From contig OX597823.1 of assembly GCA_951406725.2 (NCBI GenBank), forward strand, positions 113,708,001-113,772,000: a stretch of 64,000 nt of DNA, read 5' to 3'. Source of the DNA: Octopus vulgaris (Eukaryota). The notes under the pieces are model-generated. The model was not told where the DNA came from and searched no databases. It was given only the letters and a program-made list of their open reading frames with translations. Positions within the stretch are counted from its first letter, which is position 1. The number at the start of each line of letters is the position of its first letter. The position numbers were made by a program, and so were the translations under genes. Positions 41,235-53,583 of this stretch are shown here, piece by piece.

Positions 41235-41880
41235 GAGGGATTCTAGAAACTTTAAGACTTTTCAGGAAAGGCAATTATTTCGAGGTAGCACAAAACTTTA
41301 ATCTCATTCATAGTAGGACCCCTGTTTTCAGTGCACTTGTTGACATGCTCCAGCCACTTCTTGAAGGCTCCATAGAAGTTCTCCGAAGAGAAAGTGTCCA
41401 CTATACCTGATACAGTCTCTTTCATCTCCTTCAAGATTCAAAAGTTAAAGCAAGCAATGGCCTAAGATAGGGGAAACATTTCATGCTCTTCTCTGCCAAA
41501 ACTTCCAAAAATTACACTTCGTTGAGCGTTTGGATAGAAGGAAGCCAGTCAATGTATTTGACGCTCTTGAATTGCTTTGCCCGGAATCATGTACTAATGA
41601 AAATAGACGCTCGAGTCATACAAGTTACTCCATAAGTAGTCTTGAGCATTTAATATTTTTCAGTAGCGGTTTTGCCCGGTTTAACAGAAAATTTTATTGC
41701 ACAGCACGCTTCCAAACTGTCTTTATATCTCGACTGTATTCTGCAAAGAAGTCTGCTGTGCAGAAGCAATGTTTCGAAAGGTGTGTTCAAAGCGCTGTTA
41801 CAGATGTCTCCATCAACCTTGACTAACAAAAGTTGACTGTTAGCTTCATTAGACACATGTTTTGACACAATATACTGCAG
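41235..41880 (-). mobile_element. Degenerate mariner remnant
   Basis: EMKETV..I..TFSSENFYGAFKKWLEHVNKCTENRG resembles a mariner C-terminus; CCAIKFSVKPGKTATE resembles an N-terminus. Confidence 0.7.
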
Positions 41881-42089
41881 TTACCATTATCTACGACACT
41901 TAAAACTGCCGCTTCCAAAAAAAGTTCAAAGCTCTTGGAATGAGGAATTTCAACCGTGTTCCGTGATCTGCTACCAAAACAGCTCCAGTTAGCTCAAGAC
42001 ATCATCAGGAAAAACCACGTCTGGTTTCGGCAGAACTACACACAGACATACACATAGACTGGCGGATGATTAATAGACAGACTGACAGG

Positions 42090-42161
<72 letters not shown>

Positions 42162-42397
42162 GAGATAGACAGATAGATATATAGATATATAGATAGATGA
42201 TATATAGATTCATGTATCTACGTTATACATGTATGCGTAATTGTGTGATTGTAGGTGTGACATTTGATTTAAAGGGGTAAAATAATTTTTTTTTGTTTTT
42301 GTCATTTCAGTAGTAGATAGGCAGAAATTGTGCGGACTTAGAAAATGCTCAATAATATGATAGTTAAACCTAACATCTCTGGTATTATCTACGTAAC

Positions 42398-42428
<31 letters not shown>

Positions 42429-42454
42429 CCATGTATCCTTCTACATGTTTACGT

Positions 42455-42684
42455 TACTTGGCTGCAGCCATCCTAGGGCAGAATCTTACACGGTTTTTAG
42501 TCAAAGTAACCAGCCCAGGACTTATTTGCTTTTAAACATAATACTTATGATATCGGTCTCTTTTGCCGTACCGTTAGATTACGGGGATGTAAACACACCA
42601 GCATCGGCGATCAAACGGTGATGGAGGGACAAAGACAAACACAGAGGAACACACTCAAATATATATGTGTGTGTCTGTGTGTGT

Positions 42685-42725
<41 letters not shown>

Positions 42726-42935
42726 TGCGTGCGTGCGTGTGTGTATGTGTGCGTGCGTGTATATATATACATAGTACACGTTTCCGTCAATTTCCGTCTA
42801 CGAAATCCACCCAGAAGTCTCAATCATCCCGAAGTTATAGTAGGGCACATTTGCCCAAAGAGCTACGTAGTAGGACAGAACCTAGAGCCATATGGTGGGG
42901 AAACAAGCTACATACCAATCAGGCGCGCCTGCGCC
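42455..42935 (-). mobile_element. SINE family A, degenerate
   Basis: tatcggtctcttttgccg..gtaaacacaccagcatcgg..tttccgtctacgaaatccac..ttgcccaa. Confidence 0.8.
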
Positions 42936-42942
42936 ACTCCAT

Positions 42943-42997
<55 letters not shown>

Positions 42998-43270
42998 GAT
43001 ATATATTTGTGTGTTTGTGGTGGGGGATAAATATGGAAATATTGGCTCTTGAGGCATCTAAAAAAAGTATGAATAAGAGCATGTAAATATTAGCCCGAAA
43101 AAAAATCATTTGGAACAGAGTTTTTTTATTATTCAAAACAGTTTTTTAATCCATTATTTACATGCTATTATGTATATGTGATGTGCCTCAAGAGACAATG
43201 TTCAAAATATGAATAATATCACTTTCACTTGAAAGTTTATAAAATATTTATACGTTCAAATATCTGTCTA

Positions 43271-43308
<38 letters not shown>

Positions 43309-43367
43309 AATTTCTTTGTATATATAAGTGTGTGTGTGTATGCATGTGTGTATACATACACATGTAG

Positions 43368-43404
<37 letters not shown>

Positions 43405-43544
43405 AAAAAAGGAGATGTCGAACACGAGTGGTGATATATAAAAAAGGAACGTTGTCAAATAAGAAGCAAATAAATTACATATATATAAGTATATATATAT
43501 ATTATGTATATATGTATATGTATATTCCTTTTTTATATATATTC

Positions 43545-43608
<64 letters not shown>

Positions 43609-43981
43609 TATATACATATATACGCTTGTGAGTGTGTGTGTGTGTACGTATTGATATAGATATATTGTTTCATTCTTTTATACGTTTCTACCCTAAAGCT
43701 GTGGTCATGCTGATATATATATATACAAAATTGAGAGGAATGTCCACTAAAGTGGACACCTAATATGCTAAGCATGCTGATATTTTTCTTGAGAACACAC
43801 TCTTCGTGGTAATGGCGTCTACGTTTAGTATATTAGGTGACCACTTTCGTGGTCATTCGTCTTAATTTTGTATGTAACACAACTTTTAATCTTCGGATGT
43901 TTTAAATATGCTAAGCCACTGGTTTTAATTGATTAATATCAATTTCTACCCTTATTATTCAATATATGCATACATATATCC

Positions 43982-44070
<89 letters not shown>

Positions 44071-44458
44071 CACGGTTGGTGCAAAATTAATAGCCGATTA
44101 TTTTAGAACAACATTTTAGAAAGTAGATTTTTTTTTAATTGTGCCCCTTGCGATGTTTTAAGTATGTCACAAGGGGTGATTTATACACTTCACCTTCAGA
44201 TTCTGATTGTATTGGTCATAATCTTCTGTTATATTAATACCCATATTCGTTCCATTTACATTCTAAGTGGTTATGAAGTAAACTGGAACTAAGAGCTGAA
44301 GGTAGATTACTCCACCAAAAACAGAAAAGAGATGCGCCATCGCAAGACATAGATAAATAGATAGACAGATAGATAGATAGATACATAAATATATAGATAG
44401 TTAGATAGATAGATAGATCGATAGATAGATAGATAGAAAGATAGATAGATAGAGAGAG

Positions 44459-44548
<90 letters not shown>

Positions 44549-45761
44549 GTATATACCATCATTGAAATAGGAATTTTCTTGGTCCACTTTTTCGTATACT
44601 GAACGCTCTAAGCTCCGGGGAAGACAGAAACATTCCTTGTCCGATCAGAATAAGAACCATAGATACATATTCAAGATCTAGGATAAAACTGATTTACAAA
44701 GGACCATCAGCCGCATAAATACGTAATACATGAAATAAAATCCCTGCTCAATTTCGAAACCCAATATCTGGGAAAGAGAAACTCCTTGCGAAAAAATTAC
44801 CCGTTCGCATGGTGTTATAAATCGACGTTCGTGTCCGACACCAGTCGTCCGAGTGTGACATTAATTCATGACATCCTGCCTAGCTGTTTGTTTAGTATAC
44901 AACAATGAAAGCCGTATTAACTACATAAGCCGTAGATTCTACTGAACTTTGACAACGGATATTTCATAATCTTCATTCTCTGCCCGTCATTCAGTCTTTG
45001 TAATCCTCTTATGGTATACATATACACCACTGGTTTATCTACATATATGTCTTTGTGTGTGTGTACGTATACACACATTCACACGCACACATACACACAC
45101 ACACTTATATATATATACATATATATATGCATGAATGTATGTATATTTTATCATATATATATCTGTATATGTGTGATTAAATGTACCTTTAGATATATGT
45201 GCGTGAGAGTCCTTATGTGTGCCTGAGACTCTATCTATATGTACACATGTAAGTATGTACGTATGTATGTATGTATGTATGTATGTATGTATGCATGTAT
45301 ATATGCATGCATGTATGAATGTATATATGCATGGATGTATGTATGTATGTATGTATGTATGTATGTATGTATGTATGTATGTATGTATGTATGTATGTAT
45401 GCATGTATGTATGCATGTATGTATGAATGTATGTATGTATGTATTTATGTATGTATGTATGTATGCATGTATGTATGCATGTATGTATGAATGTATATAT
45501 GTATGCATGTATGTTAGTACAGTTAGTGTAAATTTATACGGTTTTTATATGTGGATTATTGTGTCTCATATTCCAGAGAGAGAAATGGGGACTGAAATAT
45601 CTCTTCCTTTCTTTCTCTCTCCTTTCTCTTTCTCTCTCTCTCTCTTTCTCTAGCTGCATATATATGTACGTATGTATGTATATTAGCGCGCGCACACCCA
45701 TATCTATCTATCTACCTATCTGTCTCTCTATATATAATTATACGTATAACATATATATTAT

Positions 45762-45794
<33 letters not shown>

Positions 45795-45937
45795 CATAAT
45801 ATATATATATACTTATATATATGTAATTTATTTGCTTCTTATTTGACAACGTTCCACTAAATATTATAGCAATTCGACAATCGTGTATAGCACGGCAGAC
45901 GTTTCAGATTAGTTGTCCACAGATTAAATACACATTG

Positions 45938-45972
<35 letters not shown>

Positions 45973-46022
45973 GTTATTACATAGTTAAACATATACATAT
46001 CATACCCTCAGTCTTACACTGA

Positions 46023-46400
46023 GCAGCGAGCTGGCAGAAACGTTAGCACCCCGGGCCAAATGCTTAGCGGTATTTCGTCTGCCATTACGTTCCAAGTTCA
46101 AATTCCGCCTAGGTCGCTTTGCCTTTTATCCTTTCGTGGTCGATTAAATAATTACCAGTTAAGCTATGGGGTTGATATAATCGACTTAATCCGTTTGTCT
46201 GTCCTTGTTTATCCTCTCTGTGTTTAGCCCCTTGTGGGTAGTAAAGAAATAGGTATTTCGTCTGCCGTAACGTTCTAAGTTCAAACTCCGTCTGCGTCGA
46301 TTTTGCCTTTCCTCCTTTCGGGAAGGATAAAATAAGTACCCGACTTCATCGACTGGTCCTCTCTCCAAAAATGTCGGGCCTTGTACCTAGAGTAGAAAAG
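46023..46400 (+). mobile_element. SINE family B nested in or tandem with a second copy
   Basis: Full unit to gtaaagaaata, then resumes with ggtatttcgtctgcc..gttcaaactccg. Confidence 0.88.
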
Positions 46401-46864
46401 ACTGAGTCTTACACGTTCTATACAGAGTGTATAGTCATGTGCACACATACTGAGCACAGAAGTACGCATGCGCATAATTTTCGCATTTTAATAAACAGTA
46501 CTCCTCCCCGCCTTATATCTATCTATTTATCTATTATCCATCCATCTATGTATTTATATCTATCCTTCTATGTATGTATGTATGTATGTATGCATGTATG
46601 TATGTATGTATGTATGTATGTATGTATGTATGTATGTATGTATGTATACCTACAATCATACATACGTAAGCGCATAAGTATACTCATGCATATTTGCATA
46701 TATCTGTGCGTATGGTGTCAGAGTGTGTGTTTGTGTGTGTGTATGTGTGTGTGTCCATGAGTCGGTATGCGCGTGTGCATGAATATGAGTCAATAATGAA
46801 AGGCGTGGAATGATGGTGAAGAATAATGGATTTAACATTCGCCATTCACGTACAGTTTTCGCAT

Positions 46865-46920
<56 letters not shown>

Positions 46921-46997
46921 TCAGTCGCTATGTTAGATCGTTAGCCACTACACACATCTTTTCTCTCCTTGTTGCTCTCCTGGTTTTTTCTGTGTCC

Positions 46998-47033
46998 CTT
47001 TCTGTAGGAGAGCGTAGGCTCGAAACGTAAAAG
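46998..47033 (+). ncRNA. Minimal hammerhead-like motif with an 8-nt core (one extra nucleotide)
   Basis: CUUU-CUGUAGGA-GAGC-GUAG-GCUC-GAAAC-GUA-AAAG; second copy on minus at 47723-47759. Confidence 0.6.
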
Positions 47034-47259
47034 ACATTTCCTATTCCTGAGCGTTATACTAATACATCTGTTTGTTTTGTACCCCACCTCACTTCGTCTT
47101 TTGTTGTATTCGTAAACTCTCCCTATATATACATATATCACCGTGATCACCGTGACCAACCAGGCTATCTGATGTTGCTACACATCGCTGGTCACAATGC
47201 GCTTCGCATTGTTTTTTAGCCTTCAAATGACGCCACCCCGGTGGCTAAGCGAGCAGGCC

Positions 47260-47371
<112 letters not shown>

Positions 47372-47722
47372 GCACACACACTGTTTCACTGAAATACAAC
47401 AGTTGGAATTTAGTACAAATAATATGATTTGCACGAGAAAATTGCGATGTATTCCCTTAGAGTAATTCAAGTCTACTGCAAGTGATGAGAAAATATGCAG
47501 AGTATAGCGATAAAAAAGTAGACAGTGAAAGCTTGAAGATACGGAAATATATTAGAGTATAGAATAAGTGGTGAGATATATAGATACATTATCAGTTATA
47601 TATATCTTTATTACATTCCTCCCATGGTTCAATAATTAAACATAAACAAATAAAGAGCAGGAGAACGAACACTAGGAAGGTGTATTAGGTCTAAGCGTTA
47701 AAAGAAAAAAAAAGTACAGAAG

Positions 47723-47759
47723 CCTATAACGTTTCGAGTCTACGCTCTTCTACTAAAGG
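47723..47759 (-). ncRNA. Diverged copy of the 46998 hammerhead-like motif
   Basis: Minus strand: CCUUU-AGUAGAA-GAGC-GUAG-ACUC-GAAAC-GUU-AUAGG. Confidence 0.45.
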
Positions 47760-48094
47760 AATAGATGAGAAAGGGAAGAAGGAGACAGAAACGGGTGTAA
47801 ATTTAATGGTCATGATATGCTGAAATGAAAGGAAGCAAAAGAATATTGCTTCAGCTGTGAGTGGCAAGGGAGAGAACATTGGCTTAGCGTATGCGTGTAT
47901 GCGCGCAAGCACGTGTGTATATGTGTCAATGTGTGTACGTGAATATGTGTGTGGACGAGCATGCGGTCCTACTTGTACATGCTCGTGTCTGTGTATGCGT
48001 TTTTTGCGAGTACATAAAGGCACGCGAGTGCGTGTATGCTCTGTGTATTTGTGCAAGTGTGTATGTGCGTGCGTGGGCGTGATCTTATTTGATA

Positions 48095-48476
48095 CTAGCA
48101 GTATCGCCCGGCGTTGCTCAGGTTTGTAAGGGAAATAACTATAAAGCATTTTTAGAGAGTTATAGCCAAAAAATAGCAAAAAAATGGAAAAAAATGATGG
48201 TAATTTTTCTTTTAGTTAAAAAAGGTGGAGTTGCGTCCCCTAGACAGTTTGCGGTTTGTGTTTCTGATTCTCGACCCCATGTCGAATTTATCGATTTTTT
48301 TCAGAACTGGGGGAACTTTTCAAAATTTTCGCTGCGTTAGTTTTGAATTATGACATTGGGCTATGTGTGTGTCAAGTTTCATCAGAATCGGTTGAAAGCC
48401 GTGGTCAGGGTGAAGGTACAAGCAAACAGACACACAGAAACACGCACAGACAAACTGCCGTTTATATATAGAGAGA
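48095..48476 (-). mobile_element. Non-autonomous Helitron; same 3' end as the 8890 copy, largely different interior
   Basis: Minus strand begins TCtctctatatataaa and ends gagcaacgccgggcgatactgCTAG; A|T insertion site. Confidence 0.9.
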
Positions 48477-49182
48477 TATGTGCATGCGCATGAGGCTGTC
48501 AGGTGCGTATGTATTTACATTTGCAAGTGTGAATTAAGCGATTAGGTGCGTATATACTGTGGGCATTTAGCATGTGCGTGTACCTGTCTGTGTATATTTA
48601 TTTCCTGATTATGTATGCATGTGTAAATGACTGTCGGATATTTGTGTATGTGTAAGAAGCTATCAGACATGTGTGTATATGCATACACATGTGCTTGTAT
48701 ATTGTCAGTGATTATGTGTCTATATTGGAAGCGCTTTGTGTGTGTATATATTTCTATAAGATTCAATCTTAAAAATAAGTCCTAACATCGATTTCTTTGA
48801 TTAAACCCTTCCAGGCGGTAACCCAGTATGGCAGCATTCCAATAACTGACATCGATAAATCGATAAAAAAGGCTACGACCCGAAATAATCAGACTCTGCA
48901 CATAGACAATATTAATAGAAAATAAAAATTTACTGTAACAGATAATTATATGAATCATAATATTTTGCTTTTAATTTTTAATGCAGGAGTCTTAAGCAAG
49001 AATTATCAGCTCATCAACTGCCATCGAAATTCTATCTAGACACGCACACTTCTTAAGTTGTTGGTTACTGTCTATCTCACGAGAAAAAACAATTTGATCC
49101 TTATGATAAGAATAGACCCCATAATCATAAACAAATAAGCACGAAATATTTGTAGTTAAGACTTATATATCCTAAAACCCTG

Positions 49183-49241
<59 letters not shown>

Positions 49242-49307
49242 GGTCCCGGGTTGATTCGGGGTTAACCACAGTAAATAAGGTACTCAATACATAGCAGAGT
49301 AAAATTA

Positions 49308-49439
49308 ATTTATTATATAGAAGGAGCTTCTACAGGACTAGAACTGTTTCATTCAAGAGAAATCTTCAGGAAGCTTCCTGAAGATTTCTCTTGAATGAAA
49401 CAGTTCTAGTCCTGTAGAAGCTCCTTCTATATAATAAAT
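49308..49439. repeat. Perfect 132-bp spacerless palindrome centred on AAGCTT, with two hammerhead-like cores pointing outward
   Basis: Bases pair about 49373/49374; each arm reads CUGAAGA-U-UUC-UCUU-GAA-U-GAAAC-AGUU-CUA. Confidence 0.95.
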
Positions 49440-49605
49440 ATATATATATATATACATATATATCTTATGCAGATGTACTTGCATAGCGAGTGACTTGATC
49501 TGAGATCGTGTGTTGGAACGAAAACAGTTGCAGCGTGGAAGGTGTTTATAAGCCATTTAAGAAAAACACAAAATCCGTTAGATTCACTTCAACATTTAAC
49601 TTTCA

Positions 49606-49656
49606 TTTGTCAAAATATTTTCGTCGCTTTGAGACCCCGACCTGTTCACTGACAAA
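49606..49656 (-). ncRNA. Minimal hammerhead ribozyme, G3-C8 compensated core
   Basis: Minus strand: UUUGUCA-GUGAACA-G-GUCG-N11-CGAC-GAAA-AUAU-UU-UGACAAA; 7-bp stem I; palindromic AAUAUU stem III. Confidence 0.75.
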
Positions 49657-49671
49657 ACTCCGTGCTGCATA

Positions 49672-49702
<31 letters not shown>

Positions 49703-50484
49703 ATATAATATAATATAATATAATATAATATAATATTATATTATATTATATTATATCATATTATATTATATTATATCATGTTATATTATATTATATTATA
49801 TTATATTATATTATATTATATTATACTACACTGACAATATATTCGATTTACATTCGCATGAGATTTTGAGTAACATTCTATGAAAGAGTAGAGACAAACT
49901 GCATTACACATTCATTTTGTTGTTTTGGACGCATTATACTGGGTACTACGTGCTCTATGGTGTAGAAAGTTGTCCTGCGTTTTCAAATTGTACGATCATT
50001 CCTCAAACATGAAAGTGATATCAACAGAAACCAATTAAAGGTACTGTTACTTTGCATATTGCCTATTCTGAGATTGAAGCGATTTCTTCATCTTTACCAT
50101 AAATATGGAATTTAAAAAAATAGATATATTACAGCAGCTGTGGCTGCAATGGAAGCTATCACGAGGGATATCCTCTTTAGGCTTGGGATGTTTCCATTCT
50201 TTGATGACTTTAACTTATGGCCATTAAGATATAATACATAATAAATACATAATATTTAAATGTTGATAATATATTAGTTGTTTGTTTGTACTATGTAATT
50301 TTCATTATCTCTTATCTACCTGATTATACAAGCAATCCGCTTATATCAAACCACTGTGCCTTACAAAAATTAATTAATTACAAATACGATTTCAAATCAT
50401 TATTTTAAAACAAATACGCCTAAAATAGTTTAAAAGGAGATTTCAACTTAAAAAATGCTACAGGTATTGGATATAGTTACTTAC

Positions 50485-50551
50485 CTCGAAACCAAGAATC
50501 CTTCTGTTTGACAAATTGTCGCCTAGAGTGATTGAAATTGTAATATATGTC
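50485..50551 (-). CDS. Candidate 67-nt internal exon of an unidentified host gene
   Basis: Minus strand: tactttcag|GAC...CGAG|gtaagt (consensus acceptor and donor); open as DIYYNFNHSRRQFVKQKDSWFR or TYITISITLGDNLSNRRILGFE; in non-repetitive sequence. Confidence 0.45.
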
Positions 50552-51158
50552 CTGAAAGTAATACCCAAATATTAACTTTTTTATAAATGTGAAAAGAAAA
50601 TTTAGTTATGCCAAGTTCGGAGCTCCAGTTACTAATAATTCAACTGGAAATAACATGTAAGATAAATGGGATATTTACCGATACCAAAGTGCTCTTTAGA
50701 ATGTGTAATCGTTACACAGCAGTCAATATATGTTAGAAATATAGTTCAAATTATGTCGGAGAACCTAAGCTTTCTCATTATTTCCTGACTTGTAGGTACT
50801 TGGTGTTTCGTTATGCAACCATAATATACTATAAACTATATTAAACGGCTTTTATAAGCCAATACTATGTTCTACTGCGTTAGTAGTGCACTTTCTACAT
50901 TACTTATTAAGGCTACCTCTATAGATTTTCTATAGAAACTCTAGCCAGCACTAATTTTTACTACGACGTTTCGCATGCGAGACGTCAGATTTAAACAAAC
51001 AACGAAATTGAAGATGAGAAACAGATAATTGGCATATATTCTATATTTCTCTATCATAGCTTACTACATTCGACATTTTATATAATCCAGAAGAAAGGCT
51101 AACATATTAATCTACTGTAGATATGTGTGCATCTTGTATCTTTGTGCGTATATATGTA

Positions 51159-51369
51159 CAGGGTGGCCCAAAAGTAGGTTTACAGTTATCAGGTAGGCAC
51201 TTTAAACTTCTTTTAAAACATTTTATTACATTAAAATTTCTATCTTACATTTAATTAAATTATCATACAATAATAGTTTCTTCTTTTTATAATTTAGATC
51301 TAAACTGTTAACATATGAATGCGAAAGAGAGAGAGTCGAATAACTGTAATCCTACTTTGAGCCACCCTT
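51159..51369. mobile_element. Tc1/mariner-type MITE
   Basis: TA-cagggtggcccaaaagtaggtttacagttat ... ataactgtaatcctactttgagccaccctt-TA. Confidence 0.85.
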
Positions 51370-51420
51370 TATAAGTATGTATGTACGTACGTACGCATAT
51401 ATGTATTTATGTATGTATTC

Positions 51421-51496
<76 letters not shown>

Positions 51497-52372
51497 AAGC
51501 ATGCATGTGCGTGCGTGCATTAAACGTTCAAGCTATAAAGCACTAATTCTGTGGACAATGTTCAGAAGAACAACAATGATTCATAAAGTCTCCGAATGAA
51601 ACGTTCCTGGATTTAAAATTTGGAGTAACTGAATAATAGCTTTAAGATAAAACACTCAGTTTTGTATCTTATTATCTCAACAACCGGTTCAGAAGTACAA
51701 TACAGAAATATAAATTACTGAGTACGCTACGCACATTGTAGAAATTAACAGCTGATTAATATCAACCAGTGATTCACTGGTACTTATTTTACCAAGCTTC
51801 ATTAAGTTGAAGGCAATTTCGACTTATCAAATCAAATAATAGGTGTTAGTATATACTAGGAAACAATTTGAAACTTGCTCTTCATATTCTGCGGATCCTC
51901 TACATTTCATATTGTGTTAAGATATCGAGACAAGTTCAGCCGCTTGGAGTGGTGAGTCAATATCATAAATTTTTAAAATTCTTCAGTATTTTAGCAATGG
52001 ATTATGGAAGAGATTATAGAAAGGTGACAATATTGCAACCGAAGTTACGTCGTTCATAGTATGTTCTTCCGTGCTTTCTAAAAATCACACAAAACCACGT
52101 GAAATCCAGTTACACAGGTTTTCTTGGCCGGATTATTAAATTTTATTTCCACACTACGTCCTCTAATGTAAATATTACTCAACTCATACAGAGTGGTTGA
52201 TCTACGGTATTGACATTAGCAGCTTGAAAAACGACGAAATATATTGTAATATTCTGTCCTGAAAATTCTGAGTAGCCCAATTACATATGGTTTTCATTAG
52301 TTTTATTGACAACACGCACACACACACACATACACACAAAAACAAAGCGCCCACACACATACGCATATACAC

Positions 52373-52605
52373 TTTACTCTTTTACTTGTTTCAGTCATTT
52401 GACAGCGGCCATGCTGGAGCACCGCCTTTAGTCGAGCAAATCGACACCAGGACTTATTCTTTCGAAGCCTAGTACTTATTCTATCCGTTTCTTTTGCCGG
52501 ACCGCTAAATTACGGGGGCATAAACACACCGGCATCGGTTGTCAAGCGATGTTGAGGAGACAGACACAGACACACAAACATATACACACACATACATACA
52601 TACAC

Positions 52606-52658
<53 letters not shown>

Positions 52659-52848
52659 TATATATATACATGCATATGCATATATATGACGCCTTCTTTC
52701 AGTTTCCGTCTACCAAATTCACTCACAAGGCTTTGGTCGGCCCGAGGCTATAGTGGGAGACACTTTCCCAAGGTGCCACTCAGTAGGAATGAACCCGGAA
52801 CCAGGTGGTTGGTAAGGAAGCTACTTGCCACACAGCCACTCCTGCGCC
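52373..52848 (-). mobile_element. SINE family A, near full length
   Basis: Colinear with 30004-30408. Confidence 0.92.
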
Positions 52849-53075
52849 TATAATAAATAATATATAAAAATAATTATATAAATAATTTATATAAAAATAA
52901 TTACATAAATAATTTATATATCTATTTATTTATCAATTTATTTATGTTACGTATCTCTATATATATACATATGGCATGACTATAGTGCTGTTGAGGAGGT
53001 GTTATAATTTATCTCATGATATTTCTGCGTAACAGTAAACTGAATAATCCAGATACCAAACGCATAAATTATTTA

Positions 53076-53583
53076 TTGGATTGTCCGGAAAATTCGTGCC
53101 GATTTGACTACACCTCCATTTAGAGCACAGTTTAAGCTATCTTTTCGTGGAAGAAGGTTTATGTTCCTATAACCTGTGTTAATTCTGTAACCCTTTAAAA
53201 TGGATGACAAGAAAGTTCATTGTCGGCACTTGATGTTTTGGGAACCAGAGAGAAATTGCTGCAGCTCGGCTGGGATGTGTTACCCTACCCTCCATACTCA
53301 CCAGATATTGCTCCTTCGGATTTCCACTTATTCACGTCTCTGCAGAATAGTCTTAAAGGTAAAAATTTCAATTCCTTGGATGATGCAAAAAGATACCTTG
53401 ATGAATTCTTTGTCATGAAACCACCTCAAATCTGGGAAGAGGGTATTTTCAAGTTAAAGGGAAGATGGAGACGCATTATGCAACAAAATGGTTCGTATTT
53501 GGTTGATTAAAAATGTAACGGCAAGTATTTATTGACCTTTTTCTTTCCTTCAAAAATCGGCACGAACTTTGCGGACAACCCGC
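53076..53583 (+). mobile_element. Internally deleted mariner with both TIRs and TA TSD
   Basis: TIRs ttggattgtccggaaaattcgtgccgattt / aaatcggcacgaactttgcggacaaccc; TREKLLQLGWDVLPYPPYSPDIAPSDFHLF fused directly to the N-terminal MDDKKVHCRHLM. Confidence 0.93.
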
